Shown here: positions 49,901 through 63,364 of the stretch, one piece after another
Position numbering within the stretch: the stretch's first letter is position 1
Layout: the number at the start of each line of letters is the position of its first letter
Assembly (NCBI GenBank): GCA_964016885.1
Contig: OZ024744.1
Coordinates: 59,520,001-59,584,000 of the forward strand
Direction: 5' to 3'
Length of the DNA: 64,000 nt
Source of the DNA: Eledone cirrhosa
Taxonomy: Eukaryota
Notes under the pieces: generated by a model
Told to the model about the DNA's origin: nothing
Seen by the model: only the letters and a program-made list of their open reading frames with translations
Databases searched by the model: none
Made by a program: the position numbers and the translations under genes

Positions 49901-50514
49901 CTTTGAATAGCCGTCGAAACGGCTTGAGCTCTGCCGTCGGAGTTAAACATTTTCCTATATATATATATCATAAATCATGTCCTTAGAATTATTAAATAAA
50001 ATATATACCATTTCCTCTCCCAATTAGGATAATTAACCATATAAAAAATCAATTAGACCAGGCTATAAAAATAAAGGCTCCTATGAAGAAATATTTGATA
50101 AATAACCGAAAGCAGCCTCTTGGCGGTTGACCACAATAGAGTATTTACCCAACATTTCAACAGCATGTAGAAACTGACCAAATATATATATATACATATA
50201 TATATATATAGGAACAAGTATGACCCCGACGGCAGAGGTCATACTTGTTCTGTCGCCGGGGGTCATACTTGTTCCTATTACCCACTCTACTACCCTAAGT
50301 ATTGAGTACTTTGGTGCGTTATGGTCCATCTGGTTCCTTACCACATTTCCTTCGTTATATATATAGAGGTAAAGTGTGAAGGGTAACATGGTTGTCTGTA
50401 GAACAAGGGCTTTATTTAAATTGTTGAGTTAAACAAAGCCGTACGTTAAAACTATCCACGACGTAGAGTACTCACAACCTCTAACTGGATTACCTATAAC
50501 GATAACTTGTTATC

Positions 50515-50577
<63 letters not shown>

Positions 50578-50734
50578 CACACACACATATACATACTTAC
50601 GTATATATGTGTGTGTGTGTGTGTATATGAGTGGTTGACTAAACGCGCACACGCTTCCCTCGGTAAAAAAAAAAATTATTTTTATCCTTTCCTTACTCTT
50701 ATCTATTTTTCCATCTCTTCTATCTACCATCTTC

Positions 50735-50770
50735 TCTTCCGATGAAGGACTCACGTTCGAAACCTTAACA
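50735..50770 (+). ncRNA. Hammerhead-like variant (CCGATGA core), degenerate
   Basis: CCGATGA-A-GGAC tcac GTTC-GAAA-CCTTAA; stems I and III are weak. Confidence 0.45.
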
Positions 50771-50838
50771 CTCTCTTCCTATATATATATCAATCGTTAA
50801 ACAAATACATATCAAAATTGTACTGCATTATTTTCGGG

Positions 50839-51022
50839 TTGGCAGTATCGGTAGAGGGTCGGACGCCATGCTTAGCAGCATAGAGTTACGGCCCTTTACA
50901 GTCTGAGTTCAAATCTCGCCGAGGTTAACTTTGCCTTTCATCCTTACGGGGTCGATAAAATAAAATACCAGTAATGTACTGAGGAATTTGCTGGCCTTGT
51001 GCCAAAAGTAGAAACAATTATT
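50839..51022 (+). mobile_element. Family-1 SINE with TSD ATTATTTTC
   Basis: Full copy; the duplicated flank is visible. Confidence 0.85.
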
Positions 51023-51387
51023 TTCCCGTGTTTTTTGTTGTTGAATTGTCGCATTATTTTTTTTATTTTTGTCTAACGTAAACTGAGTATTTTAAGGCCC
51101 ACATTACATTTCGTTTCCGTAAACTAGTACTTTGTCATTCATTAAATCTCGTTTGGATTTCATATTTGAATGGATTTGGTTTTTCTTTTTATATTACTCA
51201 GTATAGTTAACGCCAAAAGATTACACAATTGTTTTTATCTTCACATAAACGTTATATTTTTGTTTAAATTTACTTGTATCAATGAACACTATTTATTATA
51301 ACGGTATACTTATATCGGTATCACTTACGTATTTAATATTTTATTGGTTTATTTGTTTCAAATTATTTGTTCTAATTTTCAACCCGA

Positions 51388-51472
51388 AGGCTGTATATCA
51401 ACAAAGGCTGTATATCAACAAAGGCTGTATATCAACAAAGGCTGTATATCAACGAAGGCTGTATATCAACAA
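51388..51472. repeat. 17-bp tandem repeat x5
   Basis: AAGGCTGTATATCAACA/G. Confidence 0.95.
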
Positions 51473-51560
51473 ACGGTGGAATAACATTTTAACAAAGAAC
51501 TTCACAATATGTAAGTGGGAAAAAGATTATTTTTTAACAATAGTTAGGCTTCAGTTGTGA

Positions 51561-51690
51561 TAATAATTGTTTCTACTTTTAGCACAATTATTCCAGTGCA
51601 TTACTGGTACTTTATTTTATCGACCCCGTAAGGATGAAAGGCAAAGTTAACCTCGGCGGGATTTGAACTCAGAATGGCAAGGGCCGTAAT
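51561..51690 (-). mobile_element. Family-1 SINE, 5'-truncated
   Basis: Core and B-box match. Confidence 0.8.
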
Positions 51691-52058
51691 GACAGATATT
51701 ATGTAGACGCCAAATAAATAAACGTGTAAATAAATTATAAATAAATAAATACATAAATAAATACAAGCATCAATAACACCAATGTATAAATACAACACTA
51801 AATACGTAGACAGCTTCTATGCAGGTGTTTCATTTGCTAGAACTAGAAATCATATATACCTTGCATCACATACCATCTACCGTAAATTATATATAAGCAA
51901 AGAGATATTTAATTTGTTGGTAATTCCACAAATATATTTATAACACATTCGAAGCACTCGACAGTTTCTGGAGTATAATATCAATGATATTAAAACGGAA
52001 CTCGAACTGTTAAGGTCTGATTCCTGGGTATGTCACTATTTATAAAACAAATTTTGTA

Positions 52059-52116
52059 TTTTATCTGATGAGACGTACCAAAGTTTTGGTACCCTTGAAA
52101 TATATATATAATAGAA
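52059..52116 (+). ncRNA. Type I hammerhead ribozyme with (TA) stem III
   Basis: TTTTAT-CTGATGA-GAC GTACCAAA gt TTTGGTAC CCTT-GAAA-TATATATA-TA-ATAGAA. Confidence 0.75.
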
Positions 52117-52123
52117 TAAATAT

Positions 52124-55100
52124 GCTGGTGGTGGTGGTAGTGGTGATGTTGGTGTTGGTGGTGGTGGTAGTGATGGTGTTGTTGCTGGTGGTAGTGGTGA
52201 TGTTGGTGTTGGTGGTAGTGGTGGTGGTGGTGCTGGTGGTAGTGGTGATGTTGGTGTTGGTGGTAGTGGTGGTGTTGGTGGTGTTGGTGGTGGTGGTGGT
52301 GGTGTTGGTGGTGGTGGTAGTGGTAGTGTTGGTGCTGGTGGTGTTGTTGCTGATGGTAGTGGTAGTGGTGGTGTTGGTGGTAGTGGTGGTGTTGGTGCTG
52401 GTGGTGTTGGTGGTGGTGTTGTTGCTGGTGGTATTGGTGGTGGTAGTGGGGTGTTGGTGTTGGTGGTAGTGTTGGTGCTGGTGCTGGTGGTAGTGGTGGT
52501 GTTGGTGCTGGTCGTAGTGGTAGTGTTGGTAGTGTTGGTGCTGGTGCTGGTGGTAGTGGTGGTGTTGTTGCTGGTGGTAGTGGTGGTGTTGGTGGTAGTG
52601 GTGGTGTTGGTGGTGTTGGTGTTGGTGGTGGTGTTGGCGGTGGTGGTAGTGTTGGTGCTGGTGCTGGTGGTAGTGTTGGTGCTGGTGCTGGTGGTAGTGG
52701 TGGTGTTGGTGCTGGTGGTAGTGGTAGTGTTATTGCTGGTGGTAGTGGTGATGTTGGTGTTGGTGGTAGTGGTGGTGGTGGTGGTGGTAGTGGTGATGTT
52801 GGTGTTGGTGGTAGTGGTGGTGTTGGTGGTGGTGGTGGTGGTGGTGGTAGTGGTGGTGTTGGTGCTGGTGGTAGTGGTGGTGGTGGTGCTGGTGGTAGTG
52901 GTGATGTTGGTGTTGGTGGTAGTGGTGGTGTTGGTGCTGGTGGTAGTGGTGGTGTTGGTGCTGGTGGTAGTGGTGGTGTTGGTGCTGGTGCTGGTGTTGG
53001 TGCTGGTGGTAGTGTTGGTGTTGTTGCTGGTGGTAGTGGTGGTGTTGGTGGTAGCGGTGGTGTTGGTGCTGGTGGTAGTGGTGGTGTTGCTGCTGGAGGT
53101 GGTGGAGGTGGTAGTGGTGGTGTTGGTGGTAGTGGTGGTGCTGGTGGTAGTGGTGGTGCTGGTGCTGGTGGTAGTGGTGGTGTTGGTGCTGGTGGTAGTG
53201 GTGGTGTTGGTAGTGGTGGTGTTGGTGGTGGTGGTAGTGGTGGTGTTGGTGTTGGTGGTAGTGTTGGCGCTGGTGGTAGTGGTGGTGTTGCTGCTGGAGG
53301 TGGTAGTGGTGGTGTTGGTGCTGGTGGTAGTGGTGACGTTGGTGCTGGAGGTGGTAGTGGTGGTAGTGGTGGTAGTGGTGGTGTTGGTGGTAGTGGTGGT
53401 GGTAGTGGTGGTGTTGGTGTTGGTGGTAGTGGTGGTGTTGGTGCTGGTGGTAGTGGTGGTGTTGGTGGTAGTGGTAGTGGTGGTGGTAGTGGTGGTGTTG
53501 GTGCTGGTGGTAGTGGTGGTGTTGGTGGTAGTGGTAGTGGTGGTGTTGGTGCTGGTGGTAGTGGTGGTGTTGGTGGTAGTGGTAGTGGTGGTGTTGGTGG
53601 TAGTGGTGGTGGTAGTGGTGGTGTTGGTGCTGGTGGTAGTGGTGGTGTTGGTGGTAGTGGTAGTGGTGGTGTTGGTGGTAGTGGTGGTGGTAGTGGTGGT
53701 GTTGGTGCTGGTGGTAGTGGTGGTGTTGGTGGTAGTGGTAGTGGTGGTGTTGGTGGTAGTGGTGGTGGTGGTGTTGGTGGTAGTGGTGGTGTTGGTGCTG
53801 GTGGTAGTGGTGGTGTTGGTGGTAGTGGTAGTGGTGGTGTTGGTGGTAGTGGTAGTGGTGGTGTTGGTGGTAGTGGTGGTGTTGGTGCTGGTGGTAGTGG
53901 TGGTGTTGGTGTTGGTGGTAGTGGTGGTGTTGGTGTTGGTGGTGGTGTTGGCGGTGGTGGTAGTGTTGGTGCTGGTGCTGGTGGTAGTGTTGGTGCTGGT
54001 GCTGGTGGTAGTGTTGGTGCTGGTGGTAGTGGTGATGTTGGTGTTGGTGGTAGTGGTGGTGGTGGTGCTGGTGGTAGTGGTGGTGTTGGTGCTGGTGGTA
54101 GTGGTGGTGTTGGTGTTGGTGGTAGTGGTGGTGGTGGTGCTGGTGGTAGTGGTGATGTTGGTGTTGGTGGTAGTGGTGGTGGTGGTGCTGGTGGTAGTGG
54201 TGGTGTTGGTGCTGGTGGTAGTGGTGGTGTTGGTGCTGGTGCTGGTGTTGGTGCTGGTGGTAGTGTTGGTGTTGTTGCTGGTGGTAGTGGTGGTGTTGGT
54301 GGTAGCGGTGGTGTTGGTGCTGGTGGTAGTGGTGGTGTTGCTGCTGGAGGTGGTGGAGGTGGTAGTGGTGGTGTTGGTGGTAGTGGTGGTGCTGGTGTTG
54401 GTGCTGGTGGTAGTGGTGGTGTTGGTGCTGGTGGTAGTGGTGGTGTTGGTGCTGGTGGTAGTGGTGGTGTTGGTAGTGGTGGTGTTGGTGGTGGTGGTAG
54501 TGGTGGTGTTGGTGTTGGTGGTAGTGTTGGCGCTGGTGGTAGTGGTGGTGTTGCTGCTGGAGGTGGTAGTGGTGGTGTTGGTGGTAGTGGTGGTGGTAGT
54601 GGTGGTGTTGGTGTTGGTGGTAGTGGTGGTGTTGTTGCTGGTGGTAGTGGTGGTGTTGGTGCTGGTGGTGGTGTTGTTGCTGGTGGTAGTGGTGGTGTTG
54701 GTGCTGGTGGTAGTGGTGGTGTTGGTGGTAGTGGTAGTGGTGGTGTTGGTGGTAGTGGTGGTGGTAGTGGTGGTGTTGGTGCTGGTGGTAGTGGTGGTGT
54801 TGGTGCTGGTGGTAGTGGTGGTGTTGTTGCTGGTGGTAGTGGTGGTGTTGGTGCTGGTGGTAGTGGTGGTGTTGGTGCTGGTGGTAGTGGTGGTGTTGTT
54901 GCTGGTGGTAGTGGTGGTGTTGGTGCTGGTGGTAGTGGTGGTGTTGGTGCTGGTGGTAGTGGTGGTGTTGGTGCTGGTGGTAGTGGTGGTGTTGGTGCTG
55001 GTGGTAGTGGTGGTGTTGGTGCTGGTGGTAGTGGTGGTGTTGTTGCTGGTGGTAGTGGTGGTGTTGGTGCTGGTGGTGGTGTTGTTGCTGGTGGTAGTGG

Positions 55101-55480
55101 TGGTGTTGGTGCTGGTGGTAGTGGTGGTGTTGGTGGTAGTGGTAGTGGTGGTGTTGGTGGTAGTGGTGGTGTTGGTGGTAGTGGTGGTGTTGGTGCTGGT
55201 GGTAGTGGTGGTGTTGGTGCTGGTGGTAGTGGTGGTGTTGGTGCTGGTGGTAGTGGTGGTGTTGGTGGTAGTGGTGGTGTTGTTGCTGGTGGTAGTGGTG
55301 GTGTTGGTGCTGGTGGTAGTGGTGGTGTTGTTGCTGGTGGTAGTGGTGGTGTTGGTGGTGGTGGTAGTGGTGGTGTTGGTGCTGGTGGTAGTGGTGGTGT
55401 TGGTGGTAGTGGTGGTGTTGGTGGTAGTGGTGGTGTTGGTGGTAGTGGTGGTAGTGGTGGTGTTGGTGCTGGTGGTAGTT
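52124..55480. repeat. 3.3-kb cryptic (GGT)n-derived minisatellite, dominant 24-mer GGTGGTAGTGGTGGTGTTGGTGCT
   Basis: Read directly; internal block duplications, e.g. ~52960-53300 and ~54220-54570. Confidence 0.97.
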
Positions 55481-55728
55481 GTATTTATGTGAACTATAAT
55501 GATACTGGTGATGTTATTGTTGCTGTTCCTACTGCTGGTAATTGTGATGATGCCGGTGGTGGGGGCAGGGGCAATGGCGGTGATGTTGTTGTTGTTGGTT
55601 GTGGCAGTCGTGTCCCCTCAGAGGACATTTTGGTACAACATAATGTTGTTGCACAGAACCGGAAACAGTTGTGTGAAGAATTAGACTAAGATAAGAAATT
55701 AATTACACTAGAACATGGAATAGGGTGT

Positions 55729-55729
<1 letters not shown>

Positions 55730-55804
<75 letters not shown>

Positions 55805-56412
55805 TATGCAAGTGTATACACATATGTATAGATGCATATATATACACACACACACACACTTATATAAGCGCATACACACACACAGATATATATACACACA
55901 CACAGACATATGCAAGTGTATACACATACGTCTAGATGCATATATATACACACACACTTATACAAGCATTACACACACACACACATATATATATTTACAC
56001 ACACACACATATATATATTTACACACACACACACACACACTTATACAAGCGCGCACACACACACATATATATACACACACACACACACACACGCATATGC
56101 AAGTGTATACACATACGTATAGATGCATATATATACACACACACTTATACAAGCGCATACACACACACTTATACAAGCGGGCGCACACACACACACATAT
56201 ATATATATATACACACACACTCACACACATATACAAGAGCGCACACTACACACACGCATATGCAAGTGTATACACATACGTATAGATGCATATATATACA
56301 CACACACTTATACAAGCGCATACACACACACACACACACAAACACTTATACAAGCGCGCACACACACAAATATATATATATATACACACACACACACACT
56401 TATACAAGAGCG

Positions 56413-56444
<32 letters not shown>

Positions 56445-56468
56445 TACATACATACATACATACATACA

Positions 56469-56545
<77 letters not shown>
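55730..56545. repeat. CA/TA-rich compound minisatellite
   Basis: Recurrent GCATATGCAAGTGTATACACATACGTATAGATGC and CACTTATACAAGCG units. Confidence 0.9.
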
Positions 56546-56844
56546 GGAGAGTATACAAAGAGTATACGTAGCTGATCTCTCGGACTTTTAAGCGCTGAGA
56601 ATAAAGGGTTAATGTAAAGGCTGGTGTGTTCATGCACAGAGATGCTATAAACTAGCTTATAAAGTGGGTGAAGACCCTTAAAAGACGGACAAAGAAGCTG
56701 CCATCTCTGCGCATGAGAACATCATCCTTTATATTCCAGAAAAAGGACTTAAGCCCGATAAGTCGAACTTTCTTTCCCCTTTTCCATATAAAGCGTGAAA
56801 CTAATAGGATATTTTGTACCTCCCTGAACTATATATATGTGTGT

Positions 56845-57672
56845 ATTGCTCGCACATTGCTCGGTTTGTTGGGTTTTTTTCGCTGTTTTGTTACTGTTTT
56901 CTCTTTTCTTCCCTATTGCTTTCCTTCCCTCCATCTTCCGTTTTCCCAATAACTTACCCAGTTATTGAACGCCCTGGGCGGTAGATATATTGTCTTTAAA
57001 GCGTAGACATATCCGAAACCCCCAGTAGACAACTGATGAGGAGCCCCCCCTCCTTCTTGCTATCTTCGTATTCCCCCTGCATTTTAAGTTACCTTAAATA
57101 GCAGCTACACAGCCATTTCTTTTCTCCATATATTTCATGTGGCCATTCTTCTCTCCCCTTCTACCTACCTATTTTACCACTTTCTACTCTCACCCCTCTT
57201 TCTTCCCCTCCCTTTCTTCTTATCTACTCTTAGCCCCACTTTCTTCGTCTCCCTTTCTCCCTCTCACTTTCACCCCCTCGTCTGACCGTTTAGGAGTTCT
57301 CTTCTCACTTACAACTGCGGCGAACGGACGTGTGTCGCTTTCCTCTCGACCACTCAGTCTTGAACTTAAGTTCTCTTATCGAGTGGTCTTGGATTTCCTA
57401 CCTATTGTTGCTCGCATAGTGCTCGGTTTGTTGTTGTTTTTCGCTGTTTTGTTACTGTTTTCTCTTTTCTTCCCTCCTTCTTCCGTTTTCCCAATAACTT
57501 ACCCAGTTATTGAACGCCCTGGGCGGTAGATATCTTGTCTTTAAAGCGTAGAAATATCCGCGACCCCTAGTAGACAACTGATAGGACCCCCCGCCTCGTT
57601 CTTGCTTTCTTCGTATTCCCACTGCATTTTAAGTTACCTTAAATAGCAACTACACAGCCATTTCTATTCTTC
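56845..57672 (+). repeat. Partial tandem direct repeat (~280 bp, period ~560 bp) between TA runs; PLE pLTR-like
   Basis: 56845-57125 resembles 57404-57670; the spacer carries the CCACTC...TATCGAGTGG hairpin. Confidence 0.7.
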
Positions 57673-58547
57673 ATGTATCTATACATATATATATGTATAT
57701 ATGTATATAACGTAATATTATAATTTATATACACACACTGCTACAGCATTGAGTGCTCACATTGAAGCCACCTTCATTAATCAACAAAATGATTGAATAA
57801 CCTACACACACACACACACACATATTAATAAAAACAATGAAATAAAAACAAAGAACAAGTTCTTTATATTAAAAAATTCATCATTTTACGATCGTTTCTA
57901 GGATGTATATGTGTGTTGGTATGTATATCATATAGATCTATGTAAAAATATTACAAATTATCAGAGGAAATATACATACCTTCACATATGAAGACAGCAT
58001 ATATATGTGAAGGTATGTATATTTCCTCTGATAATTTGTAATATTTTTACATAGATCTATATGATATACATACCAACACACATATACATCCTAGAAACGA
58101 TCGTAAAATGAATTTTTTAATATAAAGAACTTGTTCTTTGTTTTTATTTCATTGTTTTTATTAATTTATCTTGACTCTGTTTTCCTATGATTTTCATCGA
58201 AAAATTTTGAATGCATCTTCTCTTTTCATGATATTTGGATTACATTGAGTTCTTCATACGGATTGGACACTCCCGTATATTTTGGTAGATTTACCGCTCT
58301 CATTTCGGAATGGTTTTGTATGGCATCAGTTTGTGATTTGAACTCGGGAATTTTATATTCTCCGAGAGAGAAGAGCCCTCTGAAGATTGCTCCCTTCTCA
58401 ATGGAAATCCGCTTGGATTTTCCGTTTATTCTGGAGCATGAAACTGCGGTAAAGGCACATATAGTAAGTACTGCGAATTTTAAAAAATTTATTTTAAAAC
58501 ATTTTCTCTATTTGCTAGACCTTGATTTCATATATATTTAAATATAA

Positions 58548-58599
<52 letters not shown>

Positions 58600-58971
58600 T
58601 GTGTGTGTGTGTATGGGGGGGGGGGGCTAAGACGGAAACGAGAAAAAAGCAAAGAAACAAACAAAGAACATGTTGATATGTCAAGGAATTATTACGAAAT
58701 GAATTATGAGTGTCTCCTTCCCCCATTCACCCACAACCGATACCGCCACCAACCTCTTTGTCGACAGGTGTCATATAGAAATGACAACTGTTATTGATGG
58801 TTGACTGTACATGGTTTGGAACTGATGGAAACAATAATCAAATGGGTGATAATATCTTGTGATAATAACTTCCCCTACATGCTACACACACACACACAGA
58901 CATACACATATATGTGTAGGTATAAATATTCACATATATATATATATATGTATATATGTGTGCATATTATA

Positions 58972-59147
58972 TTGGCAGTATCAGTAGAGAGTCGGACGCC
59001 ATGCTTTGTAGCATAGAGTTACGCCCCTTTATGATCTGAGTTCAAATCCCGCCGAGGTTAACTTTGCCTTTCATCCTTACGGGATCGATAAAATAAAGTA
59101 ATGTACTGGGTAATTGCAGGCCTTGTGCCAAAAGTAGAAACAATTAT
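58972..59147 (+). mobile_element. Family-1 SINE
   Basis: Full copy. Confidence 0.85.
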
Positions 59148-59336
59148 TACTATATATATATATATATACATGTATGTATAAATATACACGGGTGTGTATG
59201 ATTGTGTATAGAAGATTATAATAATAAGAGGATTTCCAACTTTGTCTGATTTACTCGTTTTATTTACAATCCTTTAAAATTTATAATGGTATTATAATGA
59301 AATAGTATGATAGAATATTAAATGTTAAGTGTTAAT

Positions 59337-59375
59337 TGAACAAGTACTTTCATGCTTTCGCAATCTTCAGGTTCA
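59337..59375 (-). ncRNA. Identical hammerhead in the opposite palindrome arm
   Basis: Reverse complement of 59449-59487. Confidence 0.85.
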
Positions 59376-59448
59376 TAATGTGTGGTGACAGTCAAGTTTT
59401 CAATTTTCAACTGTTGAAAATTGAAAACTTGACTGTCACCACATATCA

Positions 59449-59487
59449 TGAACCTGAAGATTGCGAAAGCATGAAAGTACTTGTTCA
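59449..59487 (+). ncRNA. Type I hammerhead (minimal)
   Basis: TGAAC-CTGAAGA-T TGC gaaa GCA T-GAAA-GTAC-TT-GTTCA. Confidence 0.85.
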
Positions 59488-61153
59488 ATTAACACTTAAC
59501 ATTTAATATTCTATCATACTATTTCATTATAATACCATTATAAATTTTAAAGGATTGTAAATAAAACGAGTAAATCAGACAAAGTTGGAAATCCTCTTAT
59601 TAATATATATATATACATACACAAACACACACACACACATACATAACTATATATATATACACATACATACATGTGTGTATGTATGTATGTGTGTATGTGT
59701 GTGTGTGCGTATGTATAAAGCGCACACATATTTTCTATTTATACATACCGTTCATACATAGGGACTTAGGTTAAGGAGGAGGGAGTTAAGAGAAATGGCA
59801 GGATGCCGGACTAGATGACATGTTATTTATTATTGCCTCCTGTTAAACAACGTTCCGTTCCCGCCAGGGGGTATATTACGGTGTGGTGTCGGGTATTTAT
59901 CTTTCTTCTTGCAAAGGTAGTGGATTGGTAAGATTGTTAAAATGGGAGACAATGCTATTTTGTCTATTTTAATTACGGCCGTTTGCGTTCTGAGTTCCAG
60001 TTAAACTGAAGTCAAACCTTGTCGTTCATTCTTCCGGAATAGGGGGTGGGGGGTGGGGGAGAGCGTTGATGAAATAAAGTAGCAGTCAAGTACTAGGTTC
60101 TATAATGTATCCTGGATGTGAATGAAATTATTGGCTCTGTATCGATAGACGTCGATCAGTTTCTACGATAAGTGTTTCAACCTGTTCATGAAATTAAGCC
60201 GTGAGCGAGCGTTCCACAAACGTGTACCCAATTGTCAGGGAGTTTCAGTGTAACACATTGAGTGACAAAAACTGGCTCTTTGAATTACATGTAGAACTCA
60301 CAAAGCATGGGTCGACTCGAAGCTCTGCCTGAGATTCCACGCAGTTGGATCAAGAACCTAAAGATTGTGAAGCTAATTTTTTAATTATTCGGCCATGTTG
60401 TATACAAACTTATACAAACTCATAAGAGTTACTGTCTGATTTTTGCTTATACAAACGAAGTTGCCTCGTATTTTTCTGATGATGATATCTTTTACGGATT
60501 ATTATTGTTTTCGTGTAATTTCTGAAGTCCTTAAGTAAGTAATACAATTGATAGTTCTTCATATACCACAGAGTGATGCATCTGGATAGATCGTCAGTAA
60601 TGATGTCTGGGTGTTATAGGGTGATTCGAGTCTTTCAGACAATCAACACCCTCACCCTGGCGACGCCACAATAAGTAGCATCACCCTTTTCATTTATTAC
60701 CTTTTCTCTTGATCGGTAATCACATTGAAACATTTTCTACAGCTTGGGTCGGTGGCTAACTTGATGGCCCTTTCCCTACTGGCCCTACGGGGCACCAGAC
60801 GATGTACTACTTAATGTTAAACCTCTCAAGTGAAGACGAGAGAGTTAAAAGTTATTAGTTGTTCGGCTCACGATCATAGGACCATGAGTTCGATTCTCGG
60901 GGGTCAGTTGTGCCCTTGAGGAATATTTATTTCGCGTTGTTCTACTCTACTCAACTTGTAGAAAATGTGCTGTACCTGTAATTCAAACGGTCGGCTTAGT
61001 CATACATACACTGTCACGCTGAAGCTCCCTGAGAACTACGTCAAGGAGGAGAATGTCCGTGGAATGTTCTGCCACTTGCACAGTAATTTCATGGACAGGC
61101 TGTTCAGTTTGGTTAAATAACTGAAACACTCGTCGTCGGAATTGACGGAGAAT

Positions 61154-61255
<102 letters not shown>

Positions 61256-61643
61256 CCACTCACCGTTGTTTGTATTTCCCAAGTAGTTTTAGAGAATCTA
61301 ATTATTTAGTTATGTTCTGTAACTTCCTTCCGGTTTAACAGAAGCTGCTATAAAAATGTCTAGATAGAAATTATGAGAAATGATTATATTTTGTTGCTTT
61401 TCTTTTCTTTTTCTTTTACTTTATTTTTATATTTTGGTAAACTAGGCACAATGCCAATCTCCTCATACGTAGTATACATATATACTGACATTGCCGTATA
61501 GTCAACAAGTTCACTTCGCAACCAAGTGCCGATGATGATGATGATGAAGCTAATTACTACTACTACTGCTACTACTGCTACTACCACTACTGCAACTGCT
61601 ACTACTGCTACTGCTACTACTACAGCTGCTGCTGCTGCTGCTG

Positions 61644-61722
<79 letters not shown>

Positions 61723-63364
61723 CGCTGCTGCTGCTACAACTACCACCACCACCAATTTATGCTTATAAAACTTTGTGAAAAATGGAGGTTACACCCCACT
61801 CCACAACCAGCCAGAGCGGCAAAAAGGTGTTGGTAGCGACGGAAAACACTTTTATATACAGGTGTATCTGCATCAAGTCCAAAAAGTCGGAGATGGTTGC
61901 CTAATCCAATGCGAAGGTTGCACTGAAGCGCTTCACACCAGACATACAATAAGCAAGGGCCAAGCAGTTTGGGAACATCTCAGTGCTTTTCCAAAGCGAG
62001 GCCTTTGCGAAAAAGTACTCTGTGGTCCCTTCTAAAACGGACTAGTACATAATGTTCCCCTTTTACACAGGAAGGACAGTGTAGGCCCGAATTTCTAAAA
62101 TATCACAAAATTTTGGCTTCTGGCGAACCCTACCACCTCGCCTGGGAGACAGTAAAATCCCCATGGAAGAAAAGTGGACCCGAATGGAGAACTGGTCTGG
62201 GATCAGTCTGGAAGTACTTCTCCAGATAAAACGGGTGGCGTAAAGTTACGTGTGGTCATTGGGGGCAAAAAGCTTAGGTTTTCATCTATGTAGGGAAAAC
62301 ACCCACCTAAGAGTTTCTGTCTTCTACAGAAAACAGCCGGGAGCCACAGGGTACCATTGCTGCCAACACCAGGGCCCCATTAACAACAACAGCATCAGTT
62401 CCGAACAACAGCAATGGCGCCAACACCAGTAACAGCAGCAACATCAATGACAGAGACACAGCAACACCAAATCCAACAACACCACAATGAGCAGCAACAG
62501 ATCCATCACCATCACCACCACCACCACCACCACCACCACCACCACCACCACCACCACCACCACCACCACCACCAGTAGCAATAACAAGGTTCATTAAAAC
62601 CACATTTAACACTCACATCAAAATATCCATCTCGCAGCAATGGATATTTAGCCGATTATTTCTTTTAATCCCCACCGAATTTGGTCATTTGTATTGTCCT
62701 TTGTTTTTCGAACTCAGCGAATGGGTCTATTCTAAGCATGGAACGGATCCATTATCTCGGGCCATGGGGAAATGTGCCCTTTCTTATTGTATCATTGACC
62801 ATTGACGATTGGGCTGATTTAAATCTGTAGGATTCCTGTATTACCCCTGGGTAGTAATCCCCACCTATTGGGGAATTCTGTTATTAATATATTGTTATTA
62901 ATTAATTTTTATTTGGCCTGATGATGTCGAATCGATCGAACAGAATGCATGACCAGTATCCTATCTAATGTTCACGGTGGATCACAACACAACGCTGTTG
63001 GATCGAATATCGGAGAGTAAGGACAGAACAAAATACCACACGGTGTTTCATTCAATACAAGAAAAATAAAAAAATAAAAAATAAAATAAAATAAAAGAAG
63101 TGGCTGAAGAAGAATATATAGGAAATAATATAAGTTACGGAAACGCTTGGTGTATGATGACTTTCTGAGATAGAAAACAACAAAAACTCTTTTGTTTTAC
63201 ATTTTAAAAACATTTTTCTTCTTGTTTTGGTTTGGCGATATTGTCGTAAGTAACGTCTTGGGTGACAGTTACAGGACACGACTTGTCTGAAAACCCGTCA
63301 TTTTCATTTCCGCTTAGCTCTGCCATTTCATTTTAATAAACGTGTCACTTTTGTGATGTGTGAA

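Noticed and set aside
52451-55492. 1013-aa poly-Val/Leu ORF
   Set aside because: Triplet-repeat artefact with no splice or start context.
58377-58425. CTGAAGA...GAAA motif (likewise 8145-8175 minus, 33329 and 60477)
   Set aside because: Stem I or stem II pairing is absent; likely chance matches.
62914-62956. CTGATGA...CGAAC hammerhead-like stretch
   Set aside because: GAAA and UH are incomplete; too degenerate to call.
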